Assembly: GCA_030691865.1 (NCBI GenBank)
Contig: JAUYDL010000029.1
Span: 4,721 to 68,720, forward strand
Reading direction: 5' to 3'
Length of the DNA: 64,000 bases
Origin: Candidatus Omnitrophota bacterium
GTDB lineage: Bacteria; Omnitrophota; Gorgyraeia; Gygaellales; Profunditerraquicolaceae
In this document: piece by piece, positions 56,137 through 64,000 of the stretch
How positions within the stretch are numbered: the stretch's first letter is position 1
How the letters are laid out: each line of letters starts with the position of its first letter
Notes under the pieces: generated by a model
Database searches by the model: none
Seen by the model: only the letters and a program-made list of their open reading frames with translations
What the model was told of the DNA's origin: nothing
Program-made: the position numbers and the translations under genes

Positions 56137-57666
56137 TTACTTTATTGCTTCGTATAGCCAATCCGACCTAAAGGTCATCTGGGTTTTTCTGTCTTTATTA
56201 CTTGATATTGTTTTATCCTCATAAAAAGAATCGTCTTGATAATGCGTTGTGGATACTTCTTCAAAAATAACTCCTTCTTTAGAAGAGAAATCGTGATTTA
56301 CGCCCCTTTCCACTGTCAACATACCGCCGGCTTTAAGTAATTTGACTTCCTTGCCAATCGTAACATCCATGCTTCCGTATAAAACCTGAAATGTCTCTTC
56401 TTTTTTAACATGATAATGAAAAGGGTGCTTTTGCCCGGGTAACATGATAATAAGTTTTTTGCAATATTCACGATTAATACAATTTAAGATAGCCGCTCCC
56501 CATTCTTCATACCTATCTATCCCGTAATGGTGAGACAATTCCAAATCAATCTTTTCAGGTAAAGCTATATGGCTTTTTAAAATCACCTCTTTTAATTCTT
56601 TAATAATCTTGAGGACCTTTTCACGTAAATTTCTTATTTTTAAATCATTAAAATTGACGGCTGCGTTAGCCTTTAAGTTTCTATCAAGAATATATTCTAT
56701 ATATTTGGATATATCATTGGCAACGAGCTGACCTTCTTGACAAGGTATCGCATAAAAAACATAATCTTTGGTTAACTTTTCTCCTAGCTTTAGGTCAACC
56801 TTGGCAAATACCCCTCTTTTTAGCCCTTTCAAATCATTTCTTTCTTTTTCGGTTATCAGATATCGGCCTTCTTCAACACCATCCATTTGATAAGCATCTT
56901 GTGCGGCGCCAAGCCATTTATCTATTTGGCTAGGGACAGAAGAATAAGCGTTTATCGAGTACTTTTTCGACTCAATAACAACATGCCTTTCAAAAACTTT
57001 TGCCCCTTTAGCAATGGCAATTTTTATGGAATCTATATTATCGGGTTCTTCGTGCGTAGAAAAACCAACCGCGATACCCGGATAACGCTCTCTTAATAAA
57101 TCAATCTGGTTTAACTGAAGATTATCCCTTTTGGTTGGATACTCACCTACACAATGCATAATACAAAGATTCTTATTCCTGTGTTCGAAGAAGGTAACCA
57201 CCTGATCGATCTCTTCTAATGTAGCGCTTGCCGTAGATGCTATTATCGGCAAATCAGTTTGGGCTATTCTTTCTAATAACGGCCAATCAGTAAAAGAACA
57301 GCTGCCGATTTTTATAACACTGAAATCATGTTTTTCTATTAGGTCTACGGATTTTTCATCAAAAGGCGTGCAAATCGGCATAAAGCCTGCGCTACAGATC
57401 TCATCTTTGAGCGCCTTAAGTTCCTTTTCACTTAAACGAGTTTCTTCGAAACGCTTAACGTATTTAATATCTGCCCTGCCCTTGGAATCCGGATGAATAA
57501 AAGTATCTAAGTTTCTGTATTGAAGCTTGAAACCAAATTTAAAATCATATTTTTTACAGGCTTTGCCTATCTCTCTAATAATATTGATTCCGTGCTTTAA
57601 ATCTCCGGAATGGTTATTGGCCAATTCAAATATGAATAATTTATTAAATATTGATGCCTTAAGCAT
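56137..57666 (-). CDS. NeuB-family PEP-condensing synthase with SAF domain and C-terminal cupin
   Basis: ELANNHSG, CTPFDE, KIGS, MHCVGEYP, GFSTHE, ERH; cupin HPFHYHVKKEETF; GAGGT RBS favours ATG 57666. Confidence 0.88.
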   Translation of the reverse strand: MLKASIFNKLFIFELANNHSGDLKHGINIIREIGKACKKYDFKFGFKLQYRNLDTFIHPDSKGRADIKYVKRFEETRLSEKELKALKDEICSAGFMPICTPFDEKSVDLIEKHDFSVIKIGSCSFTDWPLLERIAQTDLPIIASTASATLEEIDQVVTFFEHRNKNLCIMHCVGEYPTKRDNLQLNQIDLLRERYPGIAVGFSTHEEPDNIDSIKIAIAKGAKVFERHVVIESKKYSINAYSSVPSQIDKWLGAAQDAYQMDGVEEGRYLITEKERNDLKGLKRGVFAKVDLKLGEKLTKDYVFYAIPCQEGQLVANDISKYIEYILDRNLKANAAVNFNDLKIRNLREKVLKIIKELKEVILKSHIALPEKIDLELSHHYGIDRYEEWGAAILNCINREYCKKLIIMLPGQKHPFHYHVKKEETFQVLYGSMDVTIGKEVKLLKAGGMLTVERGVNHDFSSKEGVIFEEVSTTHYQDDSFYEDKTISSNKDRKTQMTFRSDWLYEAIK

Positions 57667-57685
57667 AAACACCTCTTCTTAAATA

Positions 57686-58426
57686 TTATATATCAATACA
57701 AAGCCCATCTCTGGCGGCTATCGTGTGCTTAAAAATCTTGCGAGCGAATTCTTTAGCTGATCTTATATCGCTTTCTTTTAGGTAAACGCCGGAATCAAAA
57801 TGCGCCAAAAATAATTTCTTGACTTTCCCCTGCTTAGCGATCAAAGCAGCCTGTTGGGGATTAAGATGCGGCCAATGGTTATCAATTTTACCCGGAGGCA
57901 AAGATGACTCAGTGATCAAAATATCCGCTCCTTTAGCTAATAGATCAAGATTCCTACAAGGCCCGGTATCCGTACAAAAAACTATCGCTTTATTATCTGC
58001 AAATACCCGGTATCCATAACAAGTGCCAATGTGACGGAGTTCTTTGTATTCAATATCTACCGGCAGCTTTAAATTATTCGAAAATTCATTTACCATTAGC
58101 TTTGTCTTAAGCTTGTTAACCGGCATTGAATAAGGGGCATTGATAATAACCTTAAATAACCTCTTTACCCCCTTGGGGCCAAAAACCTTAATTCCCTGGA
58201 TAAAATTAAATTTAGCTAAAGCGTGTAATCCGATGATATGGTCTAAATGGAAATGGCTAAGTAAAACTATGATTGGCTTATTTTCTTTTATATATTGATC
58301 AAGCTTATAGAATCCGCCCCCGGCGTCAAAAACAATATAAGCCTGATTCGTATCCAGCAAAATACAAAGCGTATTGCCTAGGGCCGTATCATACCAACCG
58401 CTTGTTCCTAAGAAATGTAGTTTCAT
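57686..58426 (-). CDS. Metallo-beta-lactamase-fold hydrolase (RNase Z-like)
   Basis: LGTSG, DAG, SHFHLDHIIG, TDT, HL, AH. Confidence 0.85.
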   Translation of the reverse strand: MKLHFLGTSGWYDTALGNTLCILLDTNQAYIVFDAGGGFYKLDQYIKENKPIIVLLSHFHLDHIIGLHALAKFNFIQGIKVFGPKGVKRLFKVIINAPYSMPVNKLKTKLMVNEFSNNLKLPVDIEYKELRHIGTCYGYRVFADNKAIVFCTDTGPCRNLDLLAKGADILITESSLPPGKIDNHWPHLNPQQAALIAKQGKVKKLFLAHFDSGVYLKESDIRSAKEFARKIFKHTIAARDGLCIDI

Positions 58427-59406
58427 GCCTGATTAAAATATTCCGCGTACCATTTGCCAGTTTTGCGAAGGCCTTCTCTTAGGCTATAGCTAGGCTTCCA
58501 GCCTAAAATGCGTCGGGCTTTTGCGGAAGAAAGATACTGTTTTTTTATTTCATATCTAGCTGTATTTATGATTTTATAATTTAATTTCTTTGCGCCGGGA
58601 TAAAATTTACCGATTTCCTTTAATAGTTTAATTACCGTCACCGGCTTCTCATCACTTAAATTAAAAGCTTCTCCGAAGAGTTTGCGCCTGGTCAATAGCT
58701 CAGCTATCCGAATATAACCAGCGACGATATCATCAATGTAAACATAATCGCGCACAAACTTTCCATCGCTGCGTATCTTTAATTTTTTATTTAAAACCAA
58801 ACTTCGCATGGCATCCGGTATAAGCCGGCTGAAATTAAAATCTCCCGGGCCGTATATATTGCCGCACCTGGTGATTGCTACCGGTAAATTATAGGTGTGC
58901 GCGTAAGTATAAGCGATCAGGTCAGCGCAGCTTTTAGACACGTCATAAGGGTGATTACCTTGTAATGGCGCATCTTCCTTATATGGTAAATTTTTATGGG
59001 CTCCGTATGCCTTATCGCTTGAAGCGATAATAATTGACTGAATATTTTTAGAATTCCTGCATGCTTCCAGAATATTCCAGGTGCCTTCGATATTCGCGGA
59101 AAAAGTCTTTAATGGATTAAAATGGCATTTACCTACAATCGCCTCAGCTGCCAGATGGAATACCAGATTAATTTTATTTTTATTTATAATCCTTTCAACT
59201 AATTTATAATTAACTACGCTGCCTTTAATTACAGCGATCTTCCCATAGTCAGCTTTAGTTAAAACAGTCTTTTTCCTTCTGACCTTGATATCTAAACCAA
59301 ATATTTTTGCACCCGAAGAGGCAAGCGCCTTAGTAAGATTAGAACCCAGAAATCCCTCAAAACCTGTAATTAATACTTTTTTGCCTTTCCAAAATTTATT
59401 ATTCAT
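58423..59406 (-). CDS. rfbG: CDP-glucose 4,6-dehydratase-like extended SDR
   Basis: FWKGKKVLITGFEGFLGS, HLAA, SSDKAY, PYDVSK, RCGNIYGPGD; follows rfbF. Confidence 0.78.
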   Translation of the reverse strand: MNNKFWKGKKVLITGFEGFLGSNLTKALASSGAKIFGLDIKVRRKKTVLTKADYGKIAVIKGSVVNYKLVERIINKNKINLVFHLAAEAIVGKCHFNPLKTFSANIEGTWNILEACRNSKNIQSIIIASSDKAYGAHKNLPYKEDAPLQGNHPYDVSKSCADLIAYTYAHTYNLPVAITRCGNIYGPGDFNFSRLIPDAMRSLVLNKKLKIRSDGKFVRDYVYIDDIVAGYIRIAELLTRRKLFGEAFNLSDEKPVTVIKLLKEIGKFYPGAKKLNYKIINTARYEIKKQYLSSAKARRILGWKPSYSLREGLRKTGKWYAEYFNQA

Positions 59407-59415
59407 TACTCCTGC

Positions 59416-60192
59416 TTAATCCTTCCATTTTTTCCATGGCGCTTTACCCTCATCCCAGGACGCCTCTAACTCAGATCTGTCTCTTAATGTATCCATACAC
59501 TTCCAAAAACCATTGTGCTTAAATGCGGCTAGCTGTTTAGCATCCGCCATATCTTTTAAAGAATCAAATTCCCACACAGTTTCATCTCCACTGATATAAT
59601 TAAAAACTTCCGGCTCAAGCACAAAAAATCCACCGTTAATCCAAGAGCCATCGCCTTTGGGTTTTTCAAGAAAAGAATTAACCACCCCTGCTTCTTTCAT
59701 GCTTAAAGCGCCAAACCTTCCGGCAAGCTGCACAGCGGTAACGGTCGCGGATTTTCCGCTGGCTTTATGAAACTTCACCAACTCTTTAATATTAACATCA
59801 CTCACCCCATCGCCATAGGTCATCATAAATGTTTCATTGCCTATGTATTTACGAATACGTTTTAGGCGGCCACCAGTCATTGTTTCAAGCCCGGTATCAA
59901 CCAGGGTAATCTTCCACGGCTCAGATGATGTGGTGTGAACCTTAACCTCGTTTTTCTTTAAATCAATGGTAACGTCGCTCATATGCATAAAATAATGCGA
60001 GAAATATTCTTTCAGCATATAGCTTTTATATCCCAGGCAGATAATAAAATCATTAAAGCCAAAATGGGAATACATCTTCATAATATGCCAAATAATCGGC
60101 TTGTTGCCAATTTCCACCATCGGCTTAGGAATATTAGTAGTTTCCTCGCTAAGCCTCGTCCCTCTGCCACCTGCTAAAATGACTACTTTCAT
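59416..60192 (-). CDS. rfbF: Glucose-1-phosphate cytidylyltransferase
   Basis: LAGGRGTRLSEET..PKPMVEIG, TMTGGR, TYGDG, FWKCMDTLRD. Confidence 0.95.
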   Translation of the reverse strand: MKVVILAGGRGTRLSEETTNIPKPMVEIGNKPIIWHIMKMYSHFGFNDFIICLGYKSYMLKEYFSHYFMHMSDVTIDLKKNEVKVHTTSSEPWKITLVDTGLETMTGGRLKRIRKYIGNETFMMTYGDGVSDVNIKELVKFHKASGKSATVTAVQLAGRFGALSMKEAGVVNSFLEKPKGDGSWINGGFFVLEPEVFNYISGDETVWEFDSLKDMADAKQLAAFKHNGFWKCMDTLRDRSELEASWDEGKAPWKKWKD

Positions 60193-60202
60193 CTGCCCTC
60201 CC

Positions 60203-61528
60203 TTAAGATGCTTCCTGAGCCAATCTTCTCATCTGGCCTGTCATATACAGCGGTAATGTTAATACCTTATCGCATAAGGATAGCTTCTCCTGCGAAAAAC
60301 GTATACCAAACGGAGGCTTCTTTTCTTTTATAAATAGTTTTAACGATTTAAGCGTGCCCGTTTTACCTGCTTTAACCTCCACCGGCAATATTAGAGAATC
60401 TAACGCCACAACATAATCAACCTCTGCTGAACTATTTTTTTTATCACGCGCCCAAAAAAACAGCCCGCGCTCTAAATAACTATCAGTTTGAGCCCTTAAT
60501 TCCTGGCCAATAAACTGCTCTGTTACGGCGCCGGCGTTAATCTGAATAAAATCATTCGTTAGTGTAAGCTTGGTTTGCAGGCCACAGGCATTCTGCATTA
60601 GGCCTACATCAAGAAAGTTTAATTTAAATTTCATTTCATTAATTTGCGCTTCCAAAGGAAGCCCTGAAGCGGCAGTCGCGTATACCGGATAAATAATACC
60701 GGCTAATTTTAAAAGGTTAAGTGCCTGTTTAATATCCCTTGATTTGCTGTCCGGATCAATATTCGAATACTTGATGCGATCCCCAACCAGGCGCGGAGCT
60801 TCATCTAATACCTTTTGCAAATATTTATGCTCGGAAGATTTAGCGTATTTCCCAAAATCACTCCGATACGTTTGAAGCAATGAATTCTGGATTCGCTGAC
60901 AATTTAAAAAATTCTTGCTTTCTAGATACTCTTTAACTACAGCCGGCATGCCCCCCACAATAAGGTATATCCGCAACAGATCCAACAATTTCTTATGCAC
61001 CGCGCCATCGATTACGCTATTCAAGCTTATCTGGCCCAAATAATGACGCAACTGCTCATTCCCCGAAGCCGTTAAAAACTCAAGCCATGATAAAGGCTCA
61101 AGATATATAAACTGAACTCTGCCTACCGGCATTCTAAAATTTGAATTGTTAAGGGCAAATTCCATCAATGAACCTGCCCCGATAACAGCAAGTTTATTGT
61201 ACTTTTCCTTGAAATACCGCAGAGCCATTATCGCGTTTGGGCATTCCTGTATCTCATCAAGAAAAAGCAATGTTTTCCCTGCTTCTATGGTTTGACCCGT
61301 AAGCAACTGCAATTTATTAATAATCTCAATAGGATCAAGCGTAGTGAAACACTGCTTAAGTTCAGGCCTAAATTCGAAGTTGACGACAACTAAATTTTTG
61401 AATGCCTTCTTCCCAAACTCTTCTACAATATAACTCTTGCCTACTTGCCGCGCGCCTCGCAATAATAAGGGCAACCTATCAATACGCTCTTTCCAATTAA
61501 ATAAATCATTCTCTATATCTCTTTTCAT
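60203..61528 (-). CDS. AAA+ ATPase (AAA_14 + DUF4143) with C-terminal nuclease-like motif
   Basis: GARQVGKS, LFLDEIQ, GGMP, DVGL, EVDY...PVEVK; start moved to ATG 61528 (MKRDIE). Confidence 0.88.
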   Translation of the reverse strand: MKRDIENDLFNWKERIDRLPLLLRGARQVGKSYIVEEFGKKAFKNLVVVNFEFRPELKQCFTTLDPIEIINKLQLLTGQTIEAGKTLLFLDEIQECPNAIMALRYFKEKYNKLAVIGAGSLMEFALNNSNFRMPVGRVQFIYLEPLSWLEFLTASGNEQLRHYLGQISLNSVIDGAVHKKLLDLLRIYLIVGGMPAVVKEYLESKNFLNCQRIQNSLLQTYRSDFGKYAKSSEHKYLQKVLDEAPRLVGDRIKYSNIDPDSKSRDIKQALNLLKLAGIIYPVYATAASGLPLEAQINEMKFKLNFLDVGLMQNACGLQTKLTLTNDFIQINAGAVTEQFIGQELRAQTDSYLERGLFFWARDKKNSSAEVDYVVALDSLILPVEVKAGKTGTLKSLKLFIKEKKPPFGIRFSQEKLSLCDKVLTLPLYMTGQMRRLAQEAS

Positions 61529-61632
61529 AGTATATCCTTTCCAACTATGGCTAATATCCAAGGATATAATATAACAATTTTGGCTATAATACAAGGTAAA
61601 TCGGACATTTCCTTATTAGATGAGTTCATATT

Positions 61633-62865
61633 TTACACTTCACCTTTTTGCTCTGAATCAAACTTAGAATACAAGGCAACCGTCAATCCCAACACAACCC
61701 AAAAAAGAAAGCTCAGCTGAAAAGAATACAGATGGACTTCAAAAAAACTGTGCACCAAGAATCCCAACAATCCCGCAGTTAGGCCAACCAAAAGAAAATA
61801 GTTTAGCGACCTGGCAGCACTTAAGCTCACTTTAATACTTCGATAAAAAACATACCCCACAAACAAAAGAAAACACAATAAAGAAAAAATCCCTGACTCA
61901 GCCCACATCTGAAGATAGCAATTGTGTGCATAATAAGTACCGAAATTATTAGTGTAGAAAGCACAGTAATCCATAAAAGTTCCAACCCCCTTACCGAGAA
62001 AAGGATTTTCTTTAATCATTCCCCAAGCACCGTGAGAAAGAATAAATCTATTGCTATCCCCTCTATTCCGAAAGAAAAATAAAGCAAACCCTATTAACGG
62101 CACACAGAAAACATAGCTAAATGAAAACAAAACCCAAAATACTTTTTTCAAACGGCAATAATTAGTTAACAGGGTTACAAAAATTAAACCTGATATAATA
62201 CCTAACCACCCACCTCTGCAAAGAGTCCAAAAAGAAGACAGAATAAGCATGGCGGTAATCAAAAGAAGGCACAATTTGGCCACAAGGCCATGGTTTGGCT
62301 TCCTATAGCCAAAGCCATAACCAAAACCAAAACTCAAAACAATAGGAATAACACAGCTTAAATACGCTGCCAAACCATTTTGATTTTTAAAAGGGCCTAT
62401 ACTAGGTACCGAAAAACCACCTGAAACTCTCCCTCTCAAGAATTCAAACCCAAGAAACTTTTGCGTAAAAACTGTAAGCCCCACCAATGTTGCGCTGAAC
62501 AAAAAAACATACACTGCCTTAACAATGCGCCTAGCATCCTGGAATGTATCAATTATTGCCCAAAGAAACAAAGGAAACCGGCCCCATTTCATAAAAAGCA
62601 CTTTTAAACTTTTACCAACTAACGGCCCGCTGTTAAGCAGCGATAAATCCATAAAAACAAAAAAAGCCAAAAGAAATAAAAACAACACCTTATTAGCTTT
62701 TATACTGGTAAAATCCGGGGACAAAATCTTCTTAATCAAAAAGAATACGATTGCCATGCCGGCAAAAGTCCCAATCATGGTTATAGAAATGGGGATGGAA
62801 AAAATCACCCCGTAAATCAAATATTCAACTGCTACGTCTAAAAATCTTAATATTTTTAATTTCAT
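61633..62865 (-). CDS. O-antigen ligase (Wzy_C/WaaL) family protein
   Basis: TLCRGGW, NPFLGKGVGTF, YAHNCYLQMWAESG. Confidence 0.88.
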   Translation of the reverse strand: MKLKILRFLDVAVEYLIYGVIFSIPISITMIGTFAGMAIVFFLIKKILSPDFTSIKANKVLFLFLLAFFVFMDLSLLNSGPLVGKSLKVLFMKWGRFPLFLWAIIDTFQDARRIVKAVYVFLFSATLVGLTVFTQKFLGFEFLRGRVSGGFSVPSIGPFKNQNGLAAYLSCVIPIVLSFGFGYGFGYRKPNHGLVAKLCLLLITAMLILSSFWTLCRGGWLGIISGLIFVTLLTNYCRLKKVFWVLFSFSYVFCVPLIGFALFFFRNRGDSNRFILSHGAWGMIKENPFLGKGVGTFMDYCAFYTNNFGTYYAHNCYLQMWAESGIFSLLCFLLFVGYVFYRSIKVSLSAARSLNYFLLVGLTAGLLGFLVHSFFEVHLYSFQLSFLFWVVLGLTVALYSKFDSEQKGEV

Positions 62866-64000
62866 AGCGATATTATCTCATGCAATTTCTTAACCGTTCC
62901 CAGCCCATCCATTACATTTACTATCCTTTCTAATTCTTTTATTTTACGCCTTAATACCCGCGGGTCAAAATAATCCGACTGGGCAATATAGATCTTATCC
63001 GCCTTAGTAGCTTTATCCTTTTCGCTATTTAACAAGGTCTCCTCAAAAAGTTTCTCTCCCGGCCGCAGGCCAATAAATTTTATCTTTATGTCTTCTTCAG
63101 GCACCAGGCCATGAAGAGAAATCAACTCTTTTGCCAAATCCAATATCTTAATCTGCTCCCCCATATCCAAAATAAATATCTCTCCTGCCTTGCCCATGGC
63201 CCCGGCCTGCAAAACAAGCTGGCTTGCCTCATTAATACTCATAAAGTATCTTTTAACTTCAGGATGAGTTAATGTTACGGGGCCGCCTTCTTCAATCTGT
63301 TTCTTAAATAAAGGGACAACGCTTCCATCAGAACCTAATACATTTCCAAACCTAACCGCCATAAATTTAGTCTTACTCATTTTAGCCTTAGACTGCAAAA
63401 CCATCTCCGCTATCCTTTTGGTAATACCCATCACACTTGTCGGGTTTACCGCTTTATCCGTAGAAATAAGAATAAACCTTTCTACCTTGTAATGATCCGA
63501 GGCGTAGATAAGGTTTCGGCTTCCAATAATATTATTCTTTACCGCTGACACAGGATTCTCTTCCATAAGGGGGACATGCTTATGGGCTGCCGCGTGGAAT
63601 ACAACTTGCGGCTTATAAAGCGAAAACACACTCTTCAGCAGGCCTATATCTTTTATATCCCCGATTATAGTTCTAAACTTAATCTGGGGGTATTTTGTCA
63701 AAAATTCAATCCCTAAATAATAAACATCATTCTCATTATGGTCAAATAACAAGATCTCCCTGGGGCTAAAATTCACTATTTGCCTGCAAAGAGCTGAACC
63801 TATCGAGCCGCCCGCGCCGGTAACCAAAACTACCTTCCCGGATAGGTAACCCTTAATCTCATTTTCATTGATATTAACTGTCTCTCTGCCAAGAAGATCT
63901 TCCGGCTTAACATCTCTGGGCTTAACTTCTAAATCGCCATTGAGTATCTTTTGTAAGCCCGGAACTATCCGGATTTTTACAGAAGGTATTTGGCAATTTG
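62862..64000 (-). CDS. CapD/PglF/WbpM-like UDP-GlcNAc 4,6-dehydratase, 5'-truncated by the window edge
   Basis: EDLLGRE, VTGAGGSIGS, HAAAHKHVP, STDKAVNP, RFGNVLGS; frame is open towards the window end. Confidence 0.92.
   Translation of the reverse strand, partial: NCQIPSVKIRIVPGLQKILNGDLEVKPRDVKPEDLLGRETVNINENEIKGYLSGKVVLVTGAGGSIGSALCRQIVNFSPREILLFDHNENDVYYLGIEFLTKYPQIKFRTIIGDIKDIGLLKSVFSLYKPQVVFHAAAHKHVPLMEENPVSAVKNNIIGSRNLIYASDHYKVERFILISTDKAVNPTSVMGITKRIAEMVLQSKAKMSKTKFMAVRFGNVLGSDGSVVPLFKKQIEEGGPVTLTHPEVKRYFMSINEASQLVLQAGAMGKAGEIFILDMGEQIKILDLAKELISLHGLVPEEDIKIKFIGLRPGEKLFEETLLNSEKDKATKADKIYIAQSDYFDPRVLRRKIKELERIVNVMDGLGTVKKLHEIISL

Noticed and set aside
57686-58426. Housekeeping RNase Z (rnz)
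   Set aside because: Short, appears to lack the tRNA-binding exosite, and overlaps the rfbG-like stop; kept as a generic MBL hydrolase.

Overview
AT-rich bacterial chromosomal window (gene content suggests an anaerobic diderm, possibly Candidatus Omnitrophota; inference). Every credible gene is on the minus strand. In window order: (1) 1-4.5 kb: a 3'-truncated smc gene, absent from the ORF track, with a 546-aa LAGLIDADG intein inside its Walker A motif and a hinge shrunk to about 60 aa, preceded by a small HTH gene. (2) 4.8-26 kb: housekeeping genes: acyl-CoA dehydrogenase/EtfAB, glgC, gap-pgk-tpiA-secG, tandem GalT-like genes (one lacking the catalytic His), rhuM, fmt, a PriA with degenerate helicase motifs, and LPS-core genes. 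Several families of palindromic REP-like elements are scattered here, some inside reading frames. (3) 26-33.6 kb: an accessory island of nucleotidyltransferase (AbiEii/GSU2403-like) toxin-antitoxin-like modules, each with a TTGACA-N17-TATATT promoter, plus decayed copies of the 3' end of the neighbouring heptosyltransferase. (4) 33.7-64 kb: a large surface-glycan cluster with two O-antigen ligases, CDP-3,6-dideoxyhexose genes, a YerE-like ThDP enzyme, NeuB-cupin, a sugar C-methyltransferase, four radical SAM enzymes, GT2/GT-C proteins and CapD. No rRNA, tRNA, CRISPR array, integrase or transposase was recognised. All calls come from reading motifs by eye; no searches were run.
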